NCBI RefSeq assembly: GCF_006345805.1
Contig: NC_043001.1
Location: forward strand, 104,222,001 to 104,286,000
DNA: 64,000 nucleotides
Origin: Octopus sinensis
Taxonomy: Eukaryota
Reading direction: 5' to 3'
Each line of letters starts with the position of its first letter. Positions within the stretch are counted from its first letter, which is position 1. The notes beneath the pieces are model-generated. The model ran no database searches. It saw only the letters and a list, made by a program, of their open reading frames with translations, and was not told where the DNA came from. Position numbers and translations under genes: made by a program. Shown here one piece after another: positions 1-12,196 of the stretch.

Positions 1-56
1 GTTAAAATATCCCTTGGTTCTGTTTATTTTCTGACCATTAATGAATTCTATTTCAG

Positions 57-981
57 ATTCCTCCAGCAGACATTGACATAAACAAGCCGTTCATTGCTGA
101 TCAGAACTCAAACACTGGTTTATTTAATGGTTATGGTGACCAATTTTGTGTAAAATCAAATCTTCAGCAGACACCAAAGAGTCAGTTCAGAGATGCTGCA
201 AATTATCCAGAATACAATAGCTTTGCAGATGTTCCTATTTTCAATACGCCACCTCAGTCACCTGAAAATATTAATTGCGATGTCTCCTATGCTCGTAACA
301 CCTTCTGGAACAACAACAACAACCGGCCTACTGAATCTCCTTGCTTCCAGGAACAAAACCTGCAAAATTTGAATGAAGTAAAACTGGATTTTAATCTCTA
401 CTGTTTGGTTTTGGAGAAGTTAAAGCAACAGTATCCAGCTCTAAATAAAGCACCCCAAGAATTACAGCTTCTTGCTAAAACTCAAACTCTCGCTCTTCAG
501 GTTCAGAGATCTCAGATGCATTACTCATTTCCTGATGAACCCAGAGCAATCACTAAAACAGTCGGTGCTCCAAAGGAGATGGAAGCCAATAAATTTTTCC
601 ATAATCTTTCGACTACTGTTTCCTCCGAAAGAGACCTTGATTATGTCTCACCTGATGACTCCACAACCAATAATTCAGCCACACGGCGCTATTCTGATAC
701 TCCAGACTTTAGGTGTTTGCTTAACCCACCTTATCGAAAGTTTCAGAATCTGCCATTTTCTCCAAAAGTGGATTATTATTCAAAACCAGTTTTGCCAGAA
801 ATTTCTTCTAAGATTTCTCAGATGGATTGGGGCTCTGTTGGATTCAGTCCCATAAAATATGAAGTAACAGACTCTGAAAAATGCGACGACCTTGATAATC
901 TGAATTCTTCAAATGCAATTATGAAAAAAGCAGTGGAAAAAAGTACCTGGAATAGCCCTGTAATGTCCCCTTCAGTTATCG
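57..981 (+). CDS. TTC3/DZIP3-like RING E3 ligase, large internal exon (Ser/Pro/Asn-rich; IPPADIDINK...MSPSVI-G)
   Basis: Acceptor tttcag|ATT at 56/57. Stop-free frame for 925 nt, the same frame as ORF 369..1166. Donor ATCG|gtaagt at 981/982 (phase 1), which matches the next exon. Confidence 0.8.
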
Positions 982-1384
982 GTAAGTTCATTTTTGGGGG
1001 ACAGTTTATGAATATGATTATACTTTGGTCAGAAATTCTTGTTTATTTACTTACAAGCTGGCCGAACCATTGGCACACCAGGGAGAATGCTTGGCATTTT
1101 TCCAGCTTTATGAGTTTAAATTCCACTGAAGTCAACTTTGCCTTTGAATACTGGGGGTCAGTGTAATCAATTTACCCCATTTCCTGAAATTGCTGGCCTT
1201 GTGCCAAAATTTGAAACCTAGTGATGTACCTTTATTTTTTCTCTGCTAATTTCTATTGCAGAAAGCTCCTTTTTTTTAGCAATCACTGTAAAATGTTATG
1301 ATAGAGATCTGGTTGGCCATAGTTGACTGATATCCAGAATTTTCTGAATTACCTTAACTTACCTCTCCAACAGCCTTGCACTGT

Positions 1385-1712
1385 CATTTACTTGTTTGTC
1401 ACCGGCCATGCTGGGGCACTACCCTGAAGTATTTAAGCTGAACTAGTTGACCCTAGCAATTAATTTTTTTTTTAAGCCTGATAATTATTCTATCAGTGTC
1501 TCTTGCAGAACCACTTAAATTACAGACATAAACACACCAACGCCACTTTTCAAGCAGTGGTGGGAGGCAGACACGAACTGATGAATTGCTTTCAGTTTGT
1601 CTACCAAATCCATTCACAAGGGCTCAAAGATATCATGTAACACACTTGCCCGCAGTGGGATAGAACCTGAAACAGTGTGGTTGGGAAGCTAACTTCTTGC
1701 CACACCTGCACC
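1385..1712 (-). mobile_element. tRNA-derived SINE family A (tRNA head, CORE-like middle, (TA/CA)n, tail); further copies at about 1895-2215(-), 7380-7740(-), 10690-11065(+), 12290-12560(+), 18160-18270(+), 26920-27200(-), 28620-28925(+), 33460-33750(-), 35215-35485(-), 48375-48635(-), 51350-51510(+), 52820-53000(+), 59400-59740(+)
   Basis: Recurring blocks GTGGTAAGAAG...GGTTCAGTCCCACTG (A/B-box-like), GGCACCTTGGGCAAGTGTCTTCTACTATAGCC and GTGAGTGGATTTGGTAGA.GGAAACTGAAAGAAGCC. Boundaries approximate. Confidence 0.85.
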
Positions 1713-2044
1713 ATCACATCATTTCATTTATAAGGATTTGAGGGGTTTAGTTCACTAGTGATCAAAGCGAATAGGTATGCTGATTAAGTGCTATAATTGG
1801 TCATCCGTTAGGTTTCATGATCACAGCCCAGGCTGGAGCTAAGCATCTATATTAGGCTTCAGAGTTGGTAGGTATTTCTCCAATATATTATATATATTGT
1901 TTTGTCATTTGACTGCGGCCATGCTGGAGCACTGCCTTTAGTCGAACAAATCAACCCCAGTACTTATTCTATCGGTCTCTTTTGCCGAACTGCTAAGTTA
2001 CAAGGATGTAAACACACCAACATTGGTTGTCAAGCGATGGTGGG

Positions 2045-2048
<4 letters not shown>

Positions 2049-2106
<58 letters not shown>
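2049..2106. repeat. (AT)n microsatellite; others at about 10191-10226, 10390-10485, 39445-39505, 52566-52845, 53085-53155
   Basis: Direct reading. These produce the [10 protein letters not shown] ORFs in the track. Confidence 0.97.
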
Positions 2107-2108
<2 letters not shown>

Positions 2109-2459
2109 CAGGCTTCTTTCAGTTTCCATCTACTAAATCCACTCACAAGGCTTTGGTTGGCCCAAGGTTATAGGGTTACAGGTACACTTGCCCAAGGTGC
2201 CACAGGTGAGACTGATATATATATATATAATTCTCTATTTCTAATTATTGATAATTTTAGTCAAAATGTCATCAAAATATTTATTAAATGTATTATCAAA
2301 GCCATTTTAATCTTTAGAGCATAGAATTTTTTCCAAGATTATTATACCTCATTAGTTATTATAACTAATTTAACTGAAAATATTTCATTTATGGTATTTT
2401 TTAAAAACTAATCCATGATTCATAAATTATTTTAAAAGATTGGAATTTTGTACTTTCAG

Positions 2460-2548
2460 CAAAAGCTAACCTGAGGTATCAAAGCCCAAACTCCAAAGAC
2501 TGCCTTGCTGTCACCCCCAATGAATTTCATGGAAATAATTTCCAGCAG
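2460..2548 (+). CDS. TTC3/DZIP3-like E3 ligase exon (AKANLRYQSPNSKDCLAVTPNEFHGNNFQQ)
   Basis: tactttcag|CA acceptor and CAG|gtactt donor. 89 nt, phase 1 to 0, open frame bridging the flanking exons. Confidence 0.75.
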
Positions 2549-2652
2549 GTACTTATCAGGAAGATGTTGTTTTGGATTTAGACACTAACATTGGTTTAGT
2601 AAACTACCATTGGGAACTTTGCTTTTTCTTTCTTTTTTTTTCCCCCATTCAG

Positions 2653-2795
2653 GCTTTTAAAAGAAAAAAAAGACTTCAGTTTGCAATGGAACAGACCAAA
2701 CGAAATGTGAATGCTAAAATTGATGCAAATATCAGAAAGGGAAATTATGAAAGGCTGGTTCAAGTCATGCAAGAAAGACTGCCAAATACCGATAG
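2653..2795 (+). CDS. TTC3/DZIP3-like E3 ligase exon, start of helical domain (AFKRKKRLQF...GNYERLVQVMQERLPNTD-R)
   Basis: Polypyrimidine tract plus cattcag|GCT acceptor, AG|gtagga donor, phase 0 to 2. Sequence resembles the TTC3/DZIP3/RBM44-like helical domain. Contains a KRKKR basic NLS-like motif. Confidence 0.85.
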
Positions 2796-3261
2796 GTAGG
2801 AGTTTCTGACTTGAGTTTTTCTAAAATAAAATGCAAACAATTTTCAATCCTATGTTTTATGGCCAGCTGTAGTTTTTCTTCTAGGTCTTGTGGCGTTTGG
2901 TGTGTGTGAGATTTTTAAATGAAAATTAAACTTTAATGGGCATTTCATGAAATTGACTGAATTCTTTTTAAAAAGGAAAATTTCCAATTTTGATGAGGAA
3001 AATAATGTAATTTAAAGAAACTTTTTGAAACTAGTGTGCATGTCTCAGTTCATTTGAATTCCAGTTCATAAATTTGAAAGATGCTCAAATTTGGGTTTGA
3101 AAATAAACAGGAATCTGATTTGTCACTGGAAATGGTCTTAAGGATCAGAAGTAAAACTAATTCTGACTGATCATTGTTTCATATGTTTCAATGGCAATTG
3201 ATTTTTTTTTTTTTAGCTTTAATTCTATTGTTGATATAATTACAAATGTTTTTCCTTCTAG

Positions 3262-3388
3262 AACAAAAGTAGATGACCTCATTAGAGAAGTAAGGCGTCG
3301 TAAAAATGGGCTTGGTGGTTTGACTATGAGAGAAATAGTTCTAGAAGCAAAGTCAATACTTCAAGAGAAAAATAAGATATTTGCAAAT
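3262..3388 (+). CDS. TTC3/DZIP3-like E3 ligase exon, helical domain (TKVDDLIREVRRRKNGLGGLTMREIVLEAKSILQEKNKIFAN)
   Basis: ccttctag|A acceptor, AAT|gtaagt donor, phase 2 to 0. The pattern I-x-E-V-R-x(3-4)-G-L-x-G-L-x-x-x-x-I-V is as in the TTC3/DZIP3/RBM44 helical domain. Confidence 0.85.
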
Positions 3389-5741
3389 GTAAGTACATTT
3401 TTGTTTTTTTTTCTTAATATATCAATATTAATCATTTCTATATCAAATTAAAAATAAAGAGCAGGTAATCATACTTCAATTATGAATTAAGACTTTGACT
3501 CCCAAATTGCTTACAGATAATTGGGGTAAATAATAAAATGGCTTCTATGACCATGTAATTTCAATAATTTGGATCTGTGTAGTTGGTTGGAATCCTGTTT
3601 GATTTATTTTTTAAAATAACTTTGAAGTAAAATCTTTCTTTCAGTGAATTGATTTGATTAGATCTATTGAACTGCTGCTGGTTGATTGCTTTGTACACTA
3701 GAAGCAAAATTAAAACCACTTTCTTTCATTATTGACAATTGTTACTTCAATTATCAAAACCATGGCTTTACTCTTAACCCTTGATGTATATTGCCTTCAT
3801 TTCAGCTAATTTTGAAAATATATTAAAGTACTTTTAAGGGGTTTGGAATTTCAGTATGCTTCCATTTAGATCACTTTAGCATGTCTCAGTCCAACCCATG
3901 CTAGCATGGAAAGCGGACGTTAAACGATGATGATGATGATTGTAGAATTTGGTAGTAATCTTGTGCATTTTGGTGTCAAAATGGCTAATATCAACTGTTC
4001 AGTTTTTTTTCCATACATAGTCAATGGCTATTCAAATTTGTCTTGATTCAATGACCTTTTGTTTCCTGTATGAATGTAAATCAATTACTGAATAACTCCC
4101 TCTCATTTTCCTGTATTTTGGCTAGTCAAACATGGCAAAATAAAATTTTAACATGCTATAGCCTAGTTGTTTAAGTATTGTATTATATTTGAGCGTTAAA
4201 TCCCTTGCAGGTTGTCTTTTCACCCTCCGAAGGCAGGTGTAAACAACTATATCCCTCCCCAAAAATGCAACCTTGCTCCTAAACTAGAAATTATTGAATG
4301 TTTGAAACTTGCTATTAGAATAATAATTCTATAGGCTGCTAGTAACTTGAGGAGCTGGTGATCAGCTCTTATTGTTTGGGACAGGATTCAAATTGGTGAC
4401 TAGGATTATTATTACTAGCCTTAAAATTCTTTAATGATGGTTAATTTTCCCAACAATAAACAATATTTAAGCATTACATCTCTACATTTTTTCCTCATAT
4501 CCCTTGCTTCAGTTCTATTATCCTCTATACTTTTTTTTCATTCAATTAAGCTTTTTCTATTTTTTTTTTCCCTTGGATTTTTTCTGTGAGACTATAATGC
4601 TACACTATTTATATTGTATGTCTGTCGTAGGAAAGATAGTCATAAACCTTCCTCTACATTCAAAATGCAGAAAGCTATTTGATAATTATAGAGCAAATGA
4701 AATTTAAATTCTATCTATTTAGCTAATACACAGTCCTGAAATTAAATTTTATTAATAGATATTTTTAATTTTAAAGACAGCAATGGCCATGACCTTTAGC
4801 AGGTCCTTTGAGATTGGTAACCTGTTTAGCTTGAGGAAAGTCATTCCATTGTGCACTGTTTCTGAGAAGTAAATATTAAATATAATGCTTAGTGAAAGAC
4901 CTAGAAGAGATAGTATGCAACTTTCTAGTTCAGAGCAGCACAATGTATGGCACTGAATAGTCTAAGTGAATTGATTATTGATTTTCATAATCTTTGTAAT
5001 TTTCTCTTTATCAAACCAAATTTAAAAATATTAAAATCTGTAAGTTCTTTAATTTTTGATAAAAAATTATATTTTCACATATGTAATTTCATTGAATGTT
5101 ATGTTTACACAATCGTGTAAGCCTGAGAGAGAAAGAGCCAGTTAATTACATTGACCCTAGTGCTTGGCTGGTATCTATTTCATTGACCCAGAATATAAAG
5201 ATGAATGAAATGCCACTAAGCATTTTGTCTAGCATGGTCATGATTCTACCAGCTTCCTGCCTTATGTTTACACAATGTAAACATTCGTTGCACTGACTTT
5301 TATTTCTGTAGAAACCATGAAGCAATGAACTCTTTTGTGATGTATTTTAACCCCCAATATTAAATTTAACGTCTTTACTGTTATTATTTTAGTTGAACCA
5401 GTGAGAAAACTTATGAATGGTAGTAAAATCTCCCTTAAGTTGTTTAGATTGTGCAAATGATTACAAAAATAGTTATGGCTGGAATACTTAATCATAGATC
5501 TCCTCTGACAGCAGGCTGGGGACTGGCCAATTCTGGTTAATTTCATTTCTATCTTTAATATATCAATACTAAACATTTAATTCTCACCGAATTATCAATG
5601 TTATCCTAATACTGTTCCTGCTTCTCAGTTAGCAAAATAATGTTGCTGTACTTCGGATATCTCTGAGAAGTATAATTTTTGTCAATCATCCCACTGATAT
5701 TTAAATTTCTCTCTCAAATGACTTAATAGGCTAAGCTTTTG

Positions 5742-5777
<36 letters not shown>

Positions 5778-7914
5778 GGATGCAGTATATCAAAATATCT
5801 ATTGGTCACTACATAAGATTATCTGCTTTGTGTTTTTAAACTTTAGATTCTAATTAATGCCCAAAATCCTGTTGCATAAATCCTAGACCTACATTGTATT
5901 ATGAAATACTTGATAGCCTTTTTCACTCCCTGGTGGTGTATAAATACCATTGAAATGGACAATGAGAAACGGTGCCCTTGGGGTAGTTTCCTTCTGAAAT
6001 ATACTTGTGTATGTCATCATCCACTTTATAAGTGTGTGCTTAATAGGTCAGTTACACAACCTGATCAGATTGGAGGGTCATTGGAAAATCTGTAAGAAAG
6101 TGGATGAAACGCAAATGACTGTCCAAAAGAGTTTGAGCACTTGTATGGGTTATTGTTGGGTGGATGTATACATAGTGGTACCAACACTTAGTGACTGATT
6201 AGATGAATTAACAAGTGAAGACAAAACCCTATGAAGGAAGCAGTAACTCAGGCATTGTAGTGTAAGTGGGTACATGCTGATCTGATACATGTGCTTTATG
6301 ATAGGCAATAAGGGTGGGATGGAGCTGGGTAGATTCAGTGAGATCTAATTAAACTTGGATGCACAGTATGGTGAGTAGGAGACCACTACTGCTGTACTTT
6401 GTTGCAGTGGCAGCGTAGCACTGTGAAAAGAAGATTATCAATTTTTGCATGCCTCTGTGGATGAACACTGATACTGCTGATCAACATGTATTAGTGCAAA
6501 GCAGCACTGTTAATTATAGCCTCTCGCATAAGAAATGCTGTCAACTAGAGCCAATTGAGATAATGCATTTCTTGAGTGCTTACATCCCCCACTACTCTGT
6601 ATATCTGTTATTTACACTGGGCACACCTAACGGGATTTCTACCAGCTCCTCTCTTGCATATAAAACAGTTATTTCCCTGGTGTCATCAGGGTCCCATTCC
6701 CCTTCATTTTAAGTCCATTTTCCATGTTGGCGTGGGTCTGACAGGATCCTAAGGCCAGTGTCTGGCATGGTTTCTATGGCTGGATACCATTCCTAACACC
6801 AACCATCTTACATTGTGTATTGGATGCTTTTTCTTTTTCACACCACTGGTACTAGTGAGGTCCATTGTGCAGCATTCAAGCCTACAAGACCCAAGGTGGG
6901 AGCATCTCTATACTGGGGGGAGGGGGGTAAGGTATTAGAGAAAGGGTTGGGGGTGGAGCAGATTCTTGTAGAGTTGTACATGACAACTTACATTTAGGAC
7001 AGTGAGTGAAAATGAACCTGTGGTGGTGAGGTGTCTATTGAGGACAGACGCTAGGAGGAGGGAGTTGCAAGATAGACAAAAAAAAGGCTGGCAGGCGACA
7101 TTTTTAAAGATTGGGGAGGGTTGATGAGTGGGTGGAGAAGTGAGAGATGGTCAGTGGTGCACATGTTGGGGAAGTTAGGATTCTAGCAGCGAGATAGAAT
7201 CTTCATCATTTGATGTCCATTTTCCATGCTGGCATGGGTTGAACAATTTGACAGGAGGACTGCACAAGGACTGTGAAGGGGAAACATCAGTGGAGGAGGA
7301 GAGAAGGAATTGGATGATCAGGGGGTTTTTTTTCCAGTTTTTTCATGTCCTCTGTATACATGTATTATATACCTTTCCTTGCTTGTCATTTGACTGTGGA
7401 CATGCTGGAGCACTGCCTTTAGTTGAACAAATCGCCCCCAGAACTTTGTAAGCCTAATACTTAATCTATTGATCTCTTTTGCCAAACTGCTAAGTTACAG
7501 ATGTAAACACACCAGGTGGGGGAGACAAATACACACACACACACACACAGATATATATATATAAACATATATACATACACTGGGCTTCTTTCAGTTTCCA
7601 TGTACCAAATCCACTCACTGGCTTTGGTTGGCCCAAGGCTATAGAAGACACTTGCTCAAGGTGCCACGCAATAGAACTGAACTCGGAACCAAGTGGTTGG
7701 GAAGCAAACTTCTTACCACACCGCCACTTCTGTGCCTGCATGTGTGTATATATTAAACAAATCTCTTAATTTTAAATAATTTCCTGTTAAATGTCTAAAT
7801 CAGTGTTTCTCAACCTTTTTACCCTTGCGTAACCCTTAAAATAAATTACATGTCTCAAGGAATCTCTGCACCAAAAAAGTTATATACCATATTTTTGTCA
7901 TTGTAATTCATGTG

Positions 7915-10188
7915 GTAGGTCTCGGGAATGGCTATGAGAACGAAAATGGGCCCCAACTATGCAAACCTATTCATTGGCTACATATATTTCAAGTTTCACT
8001 GGTCCCACTCTCGAACTACATGGCCATTATATTGACAACTGTATCAGTGCAACCTCACTCTCCCGCGAACATCTACACTCCTTCCTCTCTTTTGTCAAAC
8101 CTTTCCATCCTGCCCTCCACTTCTGCACTATCTCTAACACCTGTCTCCTTTCTTGACATTTCAGTCAGCATTCATCACTCCACACTTACCACCTCCATCC
8201 ACTACAAACACACACTCACTCATATCTCAACTTCTCCTCCTCCTCCCACCCTAAACACACCAAGCTTTCCATCCCCTATTCCCAATTCCTCCATCTACGC
8301 AGGCTCTGTAGTGACAACCATGACTATGAAACTCAGTCTCAACTCATGGCTTGCTACATCATCCTACATGGTTATCCCCTCTCTACTATCCACACCGCCC
8401 TTGCCAGAGCACATTCTGTGGACCCTGCATCTGCTCTCTCCACCCGCCCCGCCATCTCCCGTATCCCTTCACCTACCACCCTACCTCTCCAACGCACCAT
8501 TCTCCAATCCTTCTGACAACTCCAGTCCGACCCTTCCACTTCACACATCTTCCTTAACGGATCCCTCCCCCTCCTTCAAACGAGCCCACAACCTACGAGA
8601 CTTCTTGGTCCACAGCTTCTTCCCTAACCCAACCCAGCTCGTTCCCCTGCTGCTGCACTTGCCCTTACCTCTCCAACACCACCTTCCTCACCGGCACCCA
8701 TCATCGACCCTATCAAATCACTGACTCCTTCACCTGCACTTCTACCAATGTCATCTACTGCATCTCCTGCTCTCTCTGCCCTTCTCTATACATCAGGGAA
8801 ACGGGACGCTGCTTGGCTGACCAGTTCGTGGAAACGTCTGTGCATCTAACTCAGCAATGACACCCCGGTCTCATGCCATTTCTGTACTACTGGTCTGTGT
8901 TCAGATTGTTCTTGCACAGGAGCCATCCGGACTCCCGTTTGCACCATAAACAGGGATTAATCTCTCTACCCTCCTTTGTGCCACATGGGCCCAACTCTCC
9001 TCACCTCTTCATCTAACCTCTTCCCCTTTCCTCTCTCACACCTACTTCCTCCCACCCACTTCTCTTCACACCTACCCACCTACTCCCCTCTTTGTCACTC
9101 CTCCCTCGTAACCCCATCCCTAGACAAGCCAACCCCACCTTCCCTATCCATCCAATTCCACCCCACTCCCACATACCCCACATCTACCCCCACCCTCAGC
9201 CTAACCCACCACACACCATACACTACCATACCACACAACACCATATCACATCACACCATCATGCACTGACCACTTCCCAGCCCCACATCCACACACCTAC
9301 ACATATGCACACGTCAAGGTCACCAGCCCTCTTCCACATGCACATACACTACCGTCAGAAATTAATTAGCACCCTTGATTTGCTCACCATGAAGCATGGT
9401 GGGGGTGGTCTGATGGTGTGAGGGGTGTTCAGCTACAGTGGTGTTGGGCGGCTCTATGCCGTCGAAGGCAACATCAACGCAGCAAAGTATGTTGAGATAG
9501 TACGGGATACCTCTTTGGTGGCGAGGAGTACGTGCTGGCCAGTCACCTGACCTGAACCCTATTGAGAACCTCTGGAGTCAATTGGGTAGGTATTTGAATG
9601 TGCAGCAATACAGGAACCGACACGAGCTGTTTGGGGCACTTCTTGCTGCATGAGGGGCCATCCCTGCACAGTACCTGCAGGCACTCATAGACAGCATGCC
9701 GACCTGCGTAGCAGCTGTCATTGCTGCCAAAGGAGGAGCAACAAGATATTGACTAAATTTCACGATTAATAACAATTATGTGGTGTGCTGGGATATGTTT
9801 CAATAAATTTTTGATTAAAAACGAGTTCATTTCTGATAATAAGTTAATTAAATTAAGAAAATGTAAGACAATGTAGAAATTTGAGAAGTGCTAATTAATT
9901 TCCGACGCAAGTGTACATGCTCTCTTATACGCACACACACACGCGCGCACCTTCATTTTGGGATCACCACTATATTATCTCCCCTTCTTCCAGCTCTACT
10001 GTGTAACCCCTCTGTCCGGCATTCACCATGATAGATTGCTAGCCACTACACATTTTTTATTTTCTCTCCTTGTTCCTTTCTGTGCAAGAGCATAGGCTCG
10101 AAACATAAGACTTTCTCACTTCCCGAGCATTAAATTAATACATCTGTTTGTTGTCTACGCCACCTGTCTGTCTTTTTGTGAATTCTCC

Positions 10189-10190
<2 letters not shown>
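7915..10190 (+). mobile_element. Penelope-like retroelement relic (RT plus GIY-YIG, frameshifted), interrupted by a Tc1 element
   Basis: GMAMRTKMGPNYANLFIGY (7925), YIDN and FLDI RT motifs, and FTCTSTNVIYCISCSLCPSLYIRETGR GIY-YIG motif (about 8730-8810). The C/A-rich tail resumes after 9915. Its 3' tail is also seen at about 52660-52720. Confidence 0.9.
9347..9913 (+). mobile_element. Internally deleted Tc1 (DD34E) DNA transposon
   Basis: 26-bp TIRs CACT(AC/TG)CGTC(A/G)GAAATTAATTAGCAC with TA on both sides. Transposase pieces TMKHGGGGLMV*GVF, SPDLNPIENLW and AKGGATRY*. Confidence 0.92.
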
Positions 10191-10229
<39 letters not shown>

Positions 10230-10386
10230 GTTGCTGCTATTTTTGTTATTTGATAACATAATAGGTTAGACAGGATGATGCCTATATTACAATAACTAAT
10301 AATGTTGTGCATGTATAGTAATATTATGATCGTGAAATTAGCTTTGGCTTATCTCACTTTTTCTCGTGGAACCACTGATCTAAATC

Positions 10387-10488
<102 letters not shown>

Positions 10489-11246
10489 TGTATCTGTAAA
10501 GATTCTTTGGTTTTATTCCATAGTTTATAGCATTATAGATTTAGATGGCTACAGAAATGATAATGACTTGCACTAAGATGGCTGCATGGAATTGGCTGGT
10601 CTTCTAATTTTTGAGTCCTGTGGATAAACTGTTCTCCAGTGTCCCCTGCTATTAATCTCTCCACTACCATCACTGAAATCAGTTGGTTGCGTGGTAAGGC
10701 GTTTTCTGCCCAACCACGTGGTTCTGGTTTCAGTCTCACTGCACAGTACATTGGTGTCGGGTGTCTTCTTCTGTGACCCTACCCACTCACCAAGTTGATC
10801 AAAGCTTTGTGAGGATTTGGTTGACAGGAAACTGAAAGAAGCTTGTATATAAATATGCATGTTTAAGTTTACCCCCACCAACCACTACTTGTTAACCAGT
10901 GTTTGTTTACATCCCCATAACTTAGTGGTTCAGTAAAAGAGGCTGATGTAACAAGTGCCAAACTTTGAAAACAAAAGTACTGAGATCAATTTGTTTGACT
11001 ATAACCTTTCAAGATTGTGCTCCAGCATGGCCACAGTTCATTGGCTGAAACAAGAGAAATGAGGGAACATTACAAGAAACTATTACAGTTGTGTGTGTGT
11101 GTCCTTATACAGTTGTACAATGATTCCTTGTTCCTCTCTTCTCTCCCACTGTTACCACTTCCATCCACTCATCACCAATATCACTTTGATTTTACTTGCC
11201 ATTTATTGTGTATAACTCTTCCTCCTCCTTCAGCCTTTTTTAATGA

Positions 11247-12196
11247 CCAGTTGGTATTTAAAAAAGTTCCCAGACTAATTATGTTTAATAAAAAAAAAAT
11301 ACCTTAGTTACCCAAGTATCAACATCATCTTCAAAATAGTCCCCTTGCACAGCAGTATACCAGTCCCAGCATTTCTGCCACTTTTGGAATCCGACCTGGA
11401 AGTTATTTTCCATAAGCAAATTAAGGACCTTCTGCAATTTGCTCTGGATCATGACCAGTGTTAGAATGGCAACCTTTGACCTGCGTTTCCATCTTGAGGA
11501 AGAAATGGAAGCCTGCAGTTGCTAAATCTGGCAAATAGGGCAGGTGTTGAAGTGATATTTTATTTTTGACGAGAAACTCCCAAGTGAGGAGAGCTCAGTG
11601 ACAGGGTACATTGTCATTGTGAAGGATCCAGTTCTTCATGCTCCACAGCTCAGGTCCCTTTCACCAGATGTCATCCCTCAAATGCTTCAAAACTCGATTG
11701 ATGGTCTGCCCCTTGGGGACAAATTCTCAATACACAATATCACAAATGTCAGCAAAAACAATGAGCATGTTCTTGATTAAGCTGTGGCTGTTGTGCTTTG
11801 TTTGGTGACTTTCCTCCCCATTTCTTGGGCTTGATGCTTCTGGCAGGTCTTGCAGGGACAGTCTTCCACTTTTGAAATACCCATGTCACTTGAAACATTG
11901 CATACAACCCACTCCCTCTCGCTGCAAGCATGCTCAATGACTCTGCAGCAAACATCCCAAGTTTAATTTCGTGTTGGCTCTTTGTTCCAGCTTCCTCTCC
12001 ACAACAAAACTGCACACTATAGCATACATGTGATTGCAAAAACGAAAATTTCCCAATTTGTAAAGCAAACACAGCAATGTCACTCGGCACATTGCCCCCT
12101 GAAGGTCACTACTAGCTCTCACTGCACATACAATCATGTGCTGCCGACTGTTGGTGTGCTACAGAACTAATCTGGGAACTCCTTCATATCACCTTG
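11247..12196 (-). mobile_element. Decayed mariner (DD34D) with internal deletion
   Basis: Minus strand translates KLEQRAN..., KNMLIVF...EFVPKGQTIN, WILHNDNVP, HLPYLPDLA. Degenerate TIRs share AGTTCCCAGA(C/T)TA(A/G)TT. TA at the right end. Confidence 0.8.

Noticed and set aside
369-1166. Stand-alone 265-aa gene (and overlapping ORF 472..855)
   Set aside because: The frame is open from the acceptor at 57 and has a consensus donor at 981. The part after 981 runs into a SINE, so this is an internal exon.
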